From Eledone cirrhosa (Eukaryota), in assembly GCA_964016885.1 (NCBI GenBank), contig OZ024751.1, forward strand, positions 34,472,001-34,536,000: a DNA stretch of 64,000 nt, given 5' to 3'. The position numbers were made by a program, and so were the translations under genes. Positions 15,587-29,246 of the stretch are shown here, piece by piece (position 1 is the first letter of the stretch; every line of letters begins with the position of its first letter). Under the pieces are notes generated by a model, which ran no database searches, was not told the origin of the DNA, and saw nothing but the letters and a program-made list of their open reading frames with translations.

Positions 15587-16079
15587 CACTTCTATATATA
15601 TATATATGTACTTAAGAAGTAAACCTTGCACTCTCTGGATATGTGGCTGTCGGGTCGATGTGATCAATGTAACTGATCAAAGGTATGAACTATATGATGT
15701 GGATGTATGTGAATTGCTGTATATAAATGTATACACGTGTGTATATATATATATATATATACTTATGTGTACATGGAGACTTCGAGAGCTTGCGCAACTT
15801 CTTATCGGAAATAAATATTTGACTATTGTGTGTGCTAAAGACAAATTATTAGCTGGGAATTCTTCAGCCAGCTTTTCATTTCCAGATAAAGCAATTTGAC
15901 CAATACATGTGTTCACACACATAAACAAAGAAGACAATGTACGGACACATAGGAATACGGATACACACACATGTATTCATATATGTATGAACAGCACACA
16001 CAGGCGTACGTAATTGTGTGAGTGTATTTATATGTATATGTACACACACACACACTCACACACTTACACACATTAATAT

Positions 16080-16112
<33 letters not shown>

Positions 16113-16392
16113 CCTAAACCGTAGCGCAAATATCTATTATAAAGGTGAAACCAGAAATTATTTGCTTACACTTTTAATCTCTGCCAATACTATATATATA
16201 TATATATAAATAGAGGAGCACTGTAATTGTTGAAAGTAGGACTACCTCACTGTAACAGAGGACTCAATACACTTTGTAACCGCCTCACAGTCTGCTCTAC
16301 ATCTATTCTAGCTTTCTCTAATACATATACTATCTTCTACTATGGTGTGAGTCTGTGACTGTTTATATGTATGTCTGTCTCTGTGTTTCTTT

Positions 16393-16444
<52 letters not shown>

Positions 16445-18236
16445 CTTCTGTATGTACATGTATTTATGATTGGAGATGTGATATAAACACACATAGAATC
16501 ACAGTGTGTCGGTCCGTTTACCATTTATAATACGAACGTGTATTCTATTCTTGCATTGGAAACTGTAATTCTGACTTGTCTTGCTACATTTCTATTCCAT
16601 CAATGACATCAGTTTGCTATTGATAATATATGAAAGAAACAACAACAACACCTACAAAATGTAATGTCGTCAGATTGCAAGACAAAAATAAAGTATATAG
16701 TCATTAGATTAATAGCTTGCAAAAGAAAACGTATGTTAGCAGCGCCAGTAGTCCATTAGACTGGAATTAGAAAAATCTATTCATTTTCAGAAGAAGGTTA
16801 TTTTAATCTAATCATTACTTGTTGTGAAGATAATTTACCTGGAAAAATAACAAAAGCAAAAGAAAAACAACAGAGCTGTTGGTAATCAGTAAAAAATTTC
16901 TTGAGTTTTACTGTCGTCTTTTCCGCCATAATCATCTGCCAGGTGTGATCGTCTGCTTCTTTCATATTGCTTCAATTCTTTTTCTTTTCTTGTCTTCGCG
17001 TGTGTGTGTGTGTGTGTGTTTTTAGTGTTTTTGTGTGTCTCTGCCGAATCGACGACTGTAAGAGAAAGAAAGAATGGGTGAAGAAAAAGAAAAGAATGAA
17101 TTAATCAATGAAATACTATGAGAGATAATGTAATGAAAGAAACGAGGAAAGATGAAACGTAAAGAAAGGACAACAACTGCAACGACATCTACAACACTAA
17201 CAACAAAAGAATTGACAGACCTTATAAAAAACACAAATGAAATCATTGAAAAAATAATAGTTTTCTGAGTGGAAAAAAATTGTAGAAGTATGAATGAAAA
17301 CTATTGGGCATTTCAGTTGAAGGAATGTCGCAAACGAATGGTAGACAGTTGTTGAGACATTTTTATTGATTGGGGTATTTCATTGGTACAGTTTCATTGG
17401 TACAATGGAATCCTTTACCAACAGTCGACCTTAACATGATTTCACATCTAAAGTGATAGCTTAGAAACAGTCGACATGGTGGATAATAATGGTAAAGGTG
17501 GTGGTATTGGTTGTGATGGTTGTGAGGGTGGGGTGCTTGTAATTCCGTTTTAGATGATTTGGGTGATGATAGTTCTATTAATGGGGGGTGGTGGTGTTAA
17601 TGGTGGTTGTCGTTGTGGTGATGTTGGTGGGAGTGATATTAGTGGTCTTGGCTATGATAATGATGGTGGTTGTGGTGGTCGTGTGGGTGGTAACGTTGTT
17701 GGTGATTGTGTGATGGTGGTTGTTGAGATGATAGGGATGGTGACGAAAATGATGATGATGACGAGAAGAGAAAAGACGAGAATTGTGTCCCGAGAAGTGA
17801 GCATGACGAAGAAAATGACAACAAAAGTTGATTGGAGAGACTTCTTTAGATCAATAAATGTCTGAAATGATCTCAGATGTTTCTAAAGAGTTTCTAATGT
17901 TAAATAATTTTCTTAATAATTGCCGAGATTTCTTAAGACAAGTTGTAAAATATTTCAAGGAATCGAACTCGGCATCTTCACATCCTCGCTGACGTCTCTA
18001 ATTATGTTCCTCCGTCTCCACTTGTTCGTTGTTTCGTATTTCAAGTTGGAGCGACTACATTTCTAAATTCAGATGTTCTCCTTGTTTCTAAAACCAACCA
18101 GTATTTCACACCTCTTATACAAGTGTGTGAGTGAGTGCCTAGAGATAGAGATAGACAGTTAGATTATACCTAAATACGCACAAACAAGTACATATATATG
18201 TATGTCTGTGTATATAAAACATATACAAGAATTTAC

Positions 18237-18271
<35 letters not shown>

Positions 18272-18384
18272 AATCTATTTGTGTGAAACATATTTTCACG
18301 AGGGGGTTTGTTCCTCGTTATCCTCAAACATCTTTGATTTATATTTATTTTACTTCATTTCATTTTAATTTTATTTATACTCTC

Positions 18385-18421
<37 letters not shown>

Positions 18422-18491
18422 ATTTGTGTTTCGACAATATTTCTATTCTCATATTTTTTACACTACCATTTTTATATACAAACATATATAC

Positions 18492-18583
<92 letters not shown>

Positions 18584-18932
18584 TGCGGCCATCTTAGTTT
18601 TTCTCATATTTTTTCACATTTTCATTCGTAATATCGACCAGTTAGTTGTAAATCAGCAATGGTTTATGATTTTTTTTTCTATGATTTTTCTGTTATTTTC
18701 CTACACCGTAGATCAATAGTGATCAATATTGGTGTAACAATTGGGCCATCTGAAGGAATGTCATATGTAGTCGTTAGAAATAAGTGGCAATAAGGCGGTA
18801 AAGCAGGTTGTGTTGCCAGTTCACAGAAATGACGGACAACTAGACATATGTCATCTGATATTTACATAACCAGTTCACTTCTCCAACTATGGATATTGGC
18901 TAACCACACTTTCTATCTCTATGGCTGCCTGA

Positions 18933-19036
<104 letters not shown>

Positions 19037-20096
19037 TTCTCCAGATATATATATATAAATATATTTGAAGGATGAGAGAAAAGAGTACTCAATATCGAAT
19101 ACGAATACTTTGCCCTGGATATATATGTGTGTGTGTGTGTAAATATATATATATATACATGTGTGTGTGTGTGTGCGTATTTCCTCATAGATACATACGC
19201 ATCTAGAACTCTCAATATATATATAAATAACTTTCTATCTAGAATCCCCCAAAATACATCATTTGCTATGGAAGTAATAATACTTTCGGAATAAAAATAA
19301 CATAAAAAATATAATTTTCTTCTAGAAATCTGTAGGCACCGATCTACACAAATCGGTCTCACGAATTTCCGGTGTACATAATATACATAAAACCACATTC
19401 AAGGAAAATATGATGTATCAAAGATATCTCTGAGAATATATTACTCTTAAAAGGTTCAAAACTATATACTCACACTCTAATAGCTCATTCGAACTAAACA
19501 CCCTTTTCTGATTGCACCTATAAACACCGGATAATCACCTCGAACCTACACAGTGACCTACACAGACAGCATGGCGCCAGAGTATGTTTTGGACGCAGAA
19601 CCACGGCACCAATAACTGAACAATTAGAAGATAATTTCCTTCTTCATTAAAGTAAATCTATCACTATATTAACTATAATTCAATTACTACTGCTATTATA
19701 AATACCCTTAACCAGTACCTAAGAATAAATTAAATTGAACGTTACCATATAGTTTGGATTACAGACAGTACCTGGACCATTTCGCCAATTCTCAAACTCT
19801 GATTGGTCAACTACCACTAACACCACCCAATCACTTACATCTATACATCGGATCAATGAACTACAGTGACAGTAATTTATATTTCTCTGAAGAGAAGTAT
19901 CAAAAAGATCTTCTGACACAGTATCAACTTATTTATTCCATCACACCAATTCAAATTTCATTGGCGTAAAATAATATTAGAAATCTTAATATAGAAATAT
20001 TGAATATCACCATCTCTACCTCCATCATTGTTCCACAAAAGACACACACACTCACACACACACACACACACAGACAGAGAGACACAGAGAGAGAGA

Positions 20097-20165
<69 letters not shown>

Positions 20166-21966
20166 CATTACATAAAGTGGATTGGCCGTTCCTTACACCA
20201 GAGTTCAATTTAAAAAAAGAATATATGCAAAATAAAAATGGAAAATTATGTCTGTAATGCAGTTTTCTTCCATTAACAAATTCACAGAAAAGGAAAAAAG
20301 AAGACACATTTATGCGATGCGAGATCGAACCTCGAATCACACACGGTTGTCTAACGATCTTCTTAAGTAAACAGCCATATCGTCACCTCATTTAAATATG
20401 TATGTATGTGTGTGGGGGGGGGGGTATGTATGTTATGTATATATGTAATTGATGTGTGTATATATGTGTATTATGTATGTGTATATATATATGTATTGTG
20501 TATGTGTTCATATGTGTTTATGTATGTATATATGCTTATAGGAATATAAGAATATTTATGTGTGTGTGTGTTACTGTGTATGTATATAGACAGGATTGTG
20601 TGTGTTGGTGTATTAATGTATATTAAATGACTTTACAAATACAGGAGTACTTCCTGTTTGTCAGTTGATTGTACCAAAGTGATGAGATGTGGTACATCTT
20701 GTCATGTTATACAGCTTTTCTATAGCTTTTCTATAGAGTTATGTTTAGCTTTTCTATAGGTTAAACTATAGACATATGTATACTATTATGTATTGTATTT
20801 GTGACGTTAAGTTATATTTGGCCGGCGGAAACATTATTCAAAGCGTTTAGATTTTTCCTCCATTTTGGCATAAGATAGTAAGTTCTCTACTTCCGGTCTG
20901 GTAAGTTTTATAATCTGTTGGTATAATATATTCCATTCCTTTCCCTTCAGCTCACTTATAACATCATAACCAACAACATCATCATGAACACCACCAACTA
21001 CAGCACCAACACCACCAACTACAGCACCAACACTAAAACCACCACTCACAATACCAACACTACCACTAATACTACGACTATTATTCCTATTACTACTAAA
21101 GTTACTACTACTACTACTACTACTACAACCACCATCACTACTACTACTACTACAATCACTACCACTATCACTACCACCACCACCACTGCTACTACTATTG
21201 CAACCACCACACCCCACCATTACTACTACAACCACCACTACCACCACCACTACCACCACCACTACTACTACCACAACCACCAGCCCACCACCACCACCAC
21301 TACTACAGCCACCATCACCACCACCACTACTACTACTAGTTCATTATGTCCATGCCGCCGCATTTCCAATGAACCGAAAATCGATGTAGACATGACACCG
21401 AATATTAGTCCGTTTGATTAAAACTTTGTTTGATCGATAATCGAAATGTTGGTGTTGCTGTTGTTTTTGCTGTTATAGCTGTTATATGCTATTCTTGTTA
21501 CTGTTGTAGTTGACGTCGTAGAAGTTGTTATAGCCTGTTCTTTTTGTTGTTGTTGTTGTTGTTGTTGTAGGTTTATACAGGTTGTCCGCCCTTATCTGTT
21601 GCTGCTGTGTTTGTTGATGTTATTGTGCCGTTGATATAATATATAAAATCCTGTTGTTATTGCTGTTCTTATTGCTGCTGTTGTTATTGTTGCCGTTGTT
21701 GCTGTTATTGTTGCCGTTGTTGTTGTTTTACGTTGTTAGGTCGTTCTTCCATGTTGTTGGTTATTGTAGTTCGTTCTGTAATGTCCATAATGTTATGACT
21801 CTAGTTATTAGTGCAAGTATTGTATTGGTTGTGTTTACTGTTGTCGTTGTGGCTGTTGTTGTTGTTGTTGTTGTTGGTCATCTCGTTGGAAATTATCCTT
21901 CCGGCTATTTTTAGTTTTCTTCTAATTCTTCGTCTTCTTTTCTCGCCTCTGTAACTATCATCGTCT

Positions 21967-22035
<69 letters not shown>

Positions 22036-22080
22036 CAATAGTAGTAGTAGTAATAGTAGTAGTAGTAGCAATAGTAGTGT

Positions 22081-22288
22081 GGGCGGTGTATTGGAAGAAT
22101 GGTTGGGACCTTGGATGAAATACATGACAGGATTTCCTTACGTCCCTCAGCGTTCTATTTTCAACTTTGCGTTTCATCTTACGAGGTCGATGAACTAAAA
22201 TACCAGTCACGCACTGGGGTCGATTTAATCGACTTTCCCCTCCCCCTAAAAATTGCTGACCTTGTGCCTATATAAGAAATCATTATCA

Positions 22289-22323
<35 letters not shown>

Positions 22324-22330
22324 GTTATTA
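22081..22330 (+). mobile_element. Diverged, longer variant of the SINE with an (ATT)n tail
   Basis: Shared core and tail plus an extra ggggtcgatttaatcgact segment. Other decayed relatives lie at about 9915-10150 (-) and about 4545-4710 (-). Confidence 0.7.
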
Positions 22331-22989
22331 ATCAGTATTTTTAGCTGTGCATCCTTTTTAATTGAGGCGCCAAAAAATTCCGTAATTTATCACGCCTTTA
22401 TTTTGCGGCTTTGTAAGCGTCACATCATTAAAAACACCTTTGGCATCTTAAGAAGAAAAGAAATTCTCTTCTAACGTCTCACTAAAATTGCAAATATATA
22501 AACAAACAGCATATCTGGATTTCTCTTTTGATATTTTTGGTTTCTGTTTGTTGTTTTCATTTCATTTTGTTTACCATTATTTATTTATTGCTTTAAAACA
22601 CGTGGAACTGAAATCTCAGTAGTAAATTGAAGAAATCTAATGACCCACGTTGGTAATTTAATCTTTTTAATGATAAATTTATTTTTTGTTATTTCAGTTT
22701 AATTAATAATTTATCATCTAATTATATTACTTTTGTATGTAAATTTTTTCTAGTATATTTCAGTATTTTTTATATGTAGGAATTCATTTTGTCTTTGTTT
22801 TCGTCGCAGATGTTTCCGGAGAAATTAATCATTATAAACACTTTTTAAAAAAGCATACGGAAAAATAACACAAATATATATTATAAAATAATATATATAT
22901 ATATATATATATATGTGTGTATGTGTGTGTGTGTGCGCGCGAGTATGTATGAATATATAGAGATATACATATGTGCGTGCGTGTATGTG

Positions 22990-23029
<40 letters not shown>

Positions 23030-24547
23030 ATAAAAATGAAAGTGTTAGTAATTGTTTCTTAAGCGATCACTACAAGAGGGGTTTTCAGACATTTACAAAT
23101 GGCGAATCGTGTGAAAAATCAAATAAATTAATGTTTGCTAACAATAAAAGTCTCAAAAATCAAACAAAAGAAGAAAGAAAAACAGAATTTAGTGAATACC
23201 AAATATATTCCCTGCGAAAAGAAACCCACAATAATAAATAAATATAATAGAAAAAAAACACGGAGTTTGGAAGTTTGACTCTACTAACTGTTATATTTAC
23301 TAGTTATTTTATTGAAAATATTTTTTGATATCATTTATTTCATTCGATAAATCACTAATTTCACATGAGCACCACTGACTGAAGAGTGTGTCTGTGAACT
23401 GTGTGAGTTGTGTGTGTCTATAAATGAGTGTTGTGTGTGTGTGAGTTGTGTGTAACTTTGTGTGTGCTGTGTGTATGATATACGATATATTTTGCTCAGT
23501 TCACTTCACTTCAATTTAATTTAAATATCACTAGATACAAAATATAGCTAAACGCTGATATAAATTACCTATTTCAGCTTATTTAAGCTGAACTCCATTC
23601 TCGCTCTCTCTTTCCTTTGCTATATCAACTCTCTCACCTTCGACACTGTCATGGCTGATAAGCGACCTTATAGCAGAGATCAAACCACGTGCTTTTAATC
23701 AATATCCGCCAAGGAGAGATATATTTCCTTTTAAAATGAAGTAATTTCTATTTGTGCTAAATGACTTATTTGCTGGGTTTCTGTTTGCATAATCAAAAAT
23801 AAATATTGGAAACAGTTTGGTGGACTAACTAAAATCTGACAGGAGGTAACACATGAAATGAAATCAACTCCAATACGTGTTTGCTGCCTTATACTGCCGG
23901 AAAATATTAAAAGATATATCTATCATTACGGGATTTGGACTAAACACAGAGTCTGGGGCAATTGGCTTATACAGTTAACACTAAAATATCTTCTGGCATA
24001 AGACAGATAATATTAAACATAACTTCAATAAATTTACTGCAAATATTTAAATTATTCTTCAGAATATATATTATTCCGAGCGTAGACAAGGAATTCGATA
24101 TCTGATGTGCCTTAAGAAAAGATAATGAAATAAGAAATCCCTTTCTTTTACTTGACTAAACTCATGTGATTAAATATGGCTTATTTTCATAGTCAGACTT
24201 CATTTCTCACTGATTCAATCAACAAATGAGAATCAACAGATGTGTTCAGTAGCTCCTCGTTCACAGAAAAGTCTTCAACGTTCATATTTGTTAACCCATT
24301 CCTTATCGAATTTCTAATGAAATGCACGCTACCTATAACTTTAAAGTAATCTTGATGTTAATAAAAAAAATATGAAGGGATTGGAGTGTAACTTTACCAA
24401 TAATTATAATGGAAATGTTGACAAAATATAAAGACTTTAAAATAAACAGGTTTGTATCGTAACCTCAGGGTTGGTTTCTTGTCAGAAGGTTTAACGTGAT
24501 TGAAGCCGGATTAGGCTAGAGAGCAACATTTAATATTAGGTCCATTA

Positions 24548-24602
<55 letters not shown>

Positions 24603-24605
<3 letters not shown>

Positions 24606-24802
24606 CGAGTAGGACCCCGACGGCTGAGCTCAGGCCGATTTGACGGCTAATTCTGGACTAAATTTAGTTCAGAATTAGCCGTCGAAACAGCCTGAGCTCA
24701 GCCATCGGGGTCCTACTCGTTCCTATTACCCACTCTACTACCCTAAGTATTGAGTACTTTGGTGCGTTATGGTCCACCTGGTTCCTTACCACATTTCCTT
24801 CG

Positions 24803-24806
<4 letters not shown>
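24603..24806 (+). mobile_element. Hairpin-capped element, copy 2 (palindrome 24603-24722)
   Basis: Same architecture: hairpin of about 60-bp arms, a unique tail ending catttccttcgtta, then (TA)n. Confidence 0.85.
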
Positions 24807-24846
<40 letters not shown>

Positions 24847-24849
24847 GTA

Positions 24850-24892
<43 letters not shown>

Positions 24893-26390
24893 CACTCAAT
24901 CTTCCTATTTGATGACAAACTAAACAATGTGTGTAGCATAGAGTTGTGAGCTGAGCTTATTCTTATCTTAGGGAGAAAAGTAAAGAGCTGCTCACTGCCA
25001 ATAAGATTTGTAGCCGAGTTTACATTTAAATGAGATGTGACGTGGCTTCACTGATATATACATACTAGTCTGACAGTGTTTTAGGTAGATGAATGGAAGG
25101 TTAAATGGTTGTTTAAATATATTTATAGATAGGGAAGAACATAAATATGCAAAAATACAGTGTGATAAATAGTGAAAGAGACAGAGCTGGAAAGTGAGTG
25201 AGATGGAGATTGTGAGATAGAGAGAAAGTGAAAGAGGAAAAGTGCAGAGATGGAAGGTTAAGTTAATACATACCAACCGAGATAGTTAAATAGATACCCA
25301 TGGAGGTAACTAGGCAAACAGAACGAATACACACACACACACACACAATCATAGAAAGAAACATAGAATGATAGACACGAAGACAAGATGGAAACGTGGA
25401 GAGTAGAAAAACAGTATTTGAATACCAATATAAATTTTCATAGTACTCTTGGTGAATCACGGCACGAACAAACACACATACAAACACACACATGCACACA
25501 ATACACATACATAATATACTCATGCATATACAGACTGAGAATATATATAAATATATATATACATACACACGTATATACATACACACATATATACCCACAC
25601 ATTATATATACATATATATATATATAGTAAAATCAAAAGTATTCAATTTAATGTATTTTTTCTCCCTCTCACTTTATTGTCACCCCAAAACTATACATAA
25701 TCCTTTTTATCTTTCGCGATATGAAAAAAGAAATATAAACGAGAAAAAAATGCCATATATAAAAAAATATTTATATTCAGTGTACATTTTGTGATATGTT
25801 TTGCTCTTTAAAAAAAATCTCTGATATACTTTGCGAGGAATATTTTTTTTTAATAGACTACCGACTGAAACTATTCAATAAAGTAGGTTTTTTTAACGTC
25901 GTTTATTTTTATTTTGTTTTATTTTATTTTTGTTGTTTTATTTCTGTTTTGTTTTTATTTATATTTTGCTGTCTTTTCTATTCAAATGGTGAATATGCTG
26001 TATTATTAAACATTTTCTCTACCTGTGTACTGTGTAGAATACTATGTATGTTTACTGATGAAAAACATGTTTATACACATATACAGGTTTGTGTGCATAT
26101 ATGTGTATATGTATGCGTACATGTGTACATATGTGTGTGTATATGTGTGTGTATATATGTGTATACATGTGTGTGTGTGTGTGTGTGTCTATGCAATATT
26201 CGCTATATATAATGTATATGTTACATATGTTTTAGGATGTGTGAACGTGAGAAGGGATCTATGGATGTTAGGTGAAATTATATGGCGTATTGGAGATTGA
26301 AGTAATTTTAGGAATACTGTAAAAACTGTGAAGAATTTTGTTGAAGTTATTGTCAATATTCTTGTTGATATTGATGATATTGTTGTTGAT

Positions 26391-26494
26391 GTCATGTTGA
26401 TGTTATTGTTGTTGCTGCCATGTTGATGTTATTGTTGTTGCTGTCATGTTGATGTTATTGTTGTATATGTCATGTTGATGTTATTGTTGTTGCT
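26391..26494. repeat. About 26-bp tandem repeat, 4 copies
   Basis: gtcatgttgatgttattgttgttgct units. Confidence 0.85.
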
Positions 26495-26544
26495 TTACCG
26501 TAAATCATATGATACTAGTATATGACACATACTTATAAAGTCAC

Positions 26545-27960
26545 ACACACACATATATAGTAATACACACATATAAAGTAATACACTCACATATACACAC
26601 ATATATATAGTAAAATATTCACATATATAGTAATACACTCACATATACACACATATACAGTAATACACTCACATATATAGTAATACACACATATATAGTA
26701 ATACACACATATACAGTAATACACTCACATATATAGTAATACACACATATACAGTAATACACTCACATATATATAGTAATACACTCACATATACAGTAAT
26801 ACACTCACATATATAGTAATACTCACATATATAGTAATACACTCACATATATAGTAATACACACATATATAATAATACACACATATATATAATAATACAC
26901 ACATATATATAGTAATATACTCACATATATATAGTAATACACTCACATATACAGTAATACACTCACATATATAGTAATACTCACATATATAGTAATACAC
27001 TCACATATATAGTAATACACACATATATAGTAATACACACACATATATAATAATACACACATATATATAGTAATATACTCACATATATATAGTAATACAC
27101 TCACATATACAGTAATACACTCACATATATAGTAATACTCACATATATAGTAATACACACACACATATATAGTAATACTCACATATATAGTAATACACTC
27201 ACATATATAGTAATACACACATATATAGTAATACACACACATATATAATAATACACACATATATATAGTAATATACTCACATATATATAGTAATACACTC
27301 ACATATACAGTAATACACTCACATATATAGTAATACACACACACATATATAGTAATACTCACATATACAGTAATACACACACATATACAGTAATACACTC
27401 ACATATATAGTAATACACTCACATATACAGTAATACACTCACATATACAGTAATACACACATATATATAGTAATACACACACATATATAGTAATACACTC
27501 ACATATACAGTAATACACTCACATATATAGTAATACAAACACATATATATAGTAATACACACATATACAGTAATACACACACATATATATAGTAATACAC
27601 ACATATATAGAAATACACTCACATATACAGTAATACATACACATATATAGTAATACACTCACATATACAGTAATACACACACATATATATAGTAATACAC
27701 ACATATATAGTAATACACTCACATATACAGTGATACACACACATATATAGTAATACTCACATATATAGTAATACACACATATATAGTAATACACACATAT
27801 ATATAGTAATACACACACATATATAGTAATACACACATATATAGTAATACACACACATATATAGTAATACACACACATATATAGTAATACACTCACATAT
27901 ATAGTAATACACACATAGATAGTAATACACACCTATACAGTAATACACACATATATACAC
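26545..27960. repeat. Minisatellite of 18-24-bp units, consensus about ATATATAGTAATACAC(T/A)CAC
   Basis: About 1.4 kb of tandem AGTAATAC cores separated by variable (CA)/(TA) runs. Confidence 0.95.
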
Positions 27961-28092
27961 ACCCATACATTCCTAGTGCACCTATACAAACAAAGTATTC
28001 ACCAGAAGCATGAAAATATATGCATGACTATCAAACAGTAATATATACACTCATATATATATATATATACACTCATATATATATATATATAT

Positions 28093-28295
28093 ATAGGAAC
28101 CAGTAAGACCCCGACAGCTGAGCTCAAGCCGTTTCGACGGCTAATTCTGGACTAATTTAGTCCAGAATTAGCCGTCGAAACGGCTTGAGCTCAGCTGTCG
28201 GGGTCTTACTGGTTCCTATTACCCACTCTACTACCCCAAGTATTGAGTACTTTGGTGCGTTATGGTCCACCTGGTTCCTTACCACATTTCCTTCG

Positions 28296-28298
<3 letters not shown>
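28093..28298 (+). mobile_element. Hairpin-capped element, copy 3 (essentially perfect palindrome 28093-28219)
   Basis: As for copies 1 and 2. A diverged single-arm relative lies at about 42576-42700 (-). Confidence 0.85.
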
Positions 28299-28347
<49 letters not shown>

Positions 28348-28366
28348 TCATATATATATATATACA

Positions 28367-28418
<52 letters not shown>

Positions 28419-28425
28419 CATATTT

Positions 28426-29104
28426 CATATGATGGCTGCCCCCTTATTATCGAGTATGGCCATTGCACGACAAAAAAAAATATATATATATATTTATATA
28501 CATATATATACATATATATTAATAACAATAATAATAATAATTGTTTCTACTTTAGGCACAAGGCCTGCAATTATCCAGTGCATTACTGGTACTTTATTTT
28601 ATCGACCCCGTAAGGATGAAAGGCAAAGTCAACCTCGGCGGGATTTAATAATAACAACAATAATAATGACAACAATAATAATATACATATATATATATAT
28701 ACACACACACGCACACACATAAACATATCTATTCACACACACACACACACGATAGCAACTAACAGCGCTGCGATCGAATGTGGCTTTTTAGCCCAGCCAA
28801 TGATCTAAAATGTCTTGCACAGAGTCCGCAACCAAAACATTCACTTGGAATAGCCGGAGTTGATGTACTTTTGCATGTCGTTTGAGCCTTCCTGCTGATT
28901 TACATTATCTACCACATGCTTGGCAAGCATGATGAGTAGCATCTCCAACAGCAGCCTGGTAGTCAACCACAGGTCTTACTTTATGACTGCGAAGATGACT
29001 TTCGAGTCCAGCTTTGTTTAGGCAGAGTCTCGCATAGACGCTGCATGTCAGCACCATAGGAGGACCCTCGCCGTCTGGAAGTGCAACAGCAATGCCCTTC
29101 CTCA
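28426..29104 (-). mobile_element. Second, shorter 3' fragment of the same RTE family
   Basis: Reverse complement matches about 41973-42503, including the microsatellite-bearing 3' UTR; it contains a nested SINE piece. Confidence 0.88.
28530..28647 (-). mobile_element. 5'-truncated SINE nested in the (AAT)n tract of an RTE 3' UTR
   Basis: Absent from the homologous position of the 41695-42503 copy. Confidence 0.85.
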
Positions 29105-29246
29105 CATATATTTCATATATATACATACATACAGGTAAACACTTATATTTAAACTCCTACATAGAGAAAAATGGAGAGAAAAAAAGAGAGGAAGATGATG
29201 AAGGGATAACATAACAAACTATATCCTTAACTTACCATCAGAAGAA

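Noticed and set aside
19880-19930. CTGAAGA followed by a hairpin
   Set aside because: GAAA core is absent (GACAC) and there is no stem I.
26545-27960. CRISPR-like regular repeat
   Set aside because: No unique spacers, no cas genes, eukaryotic context; it is a minisatellite.
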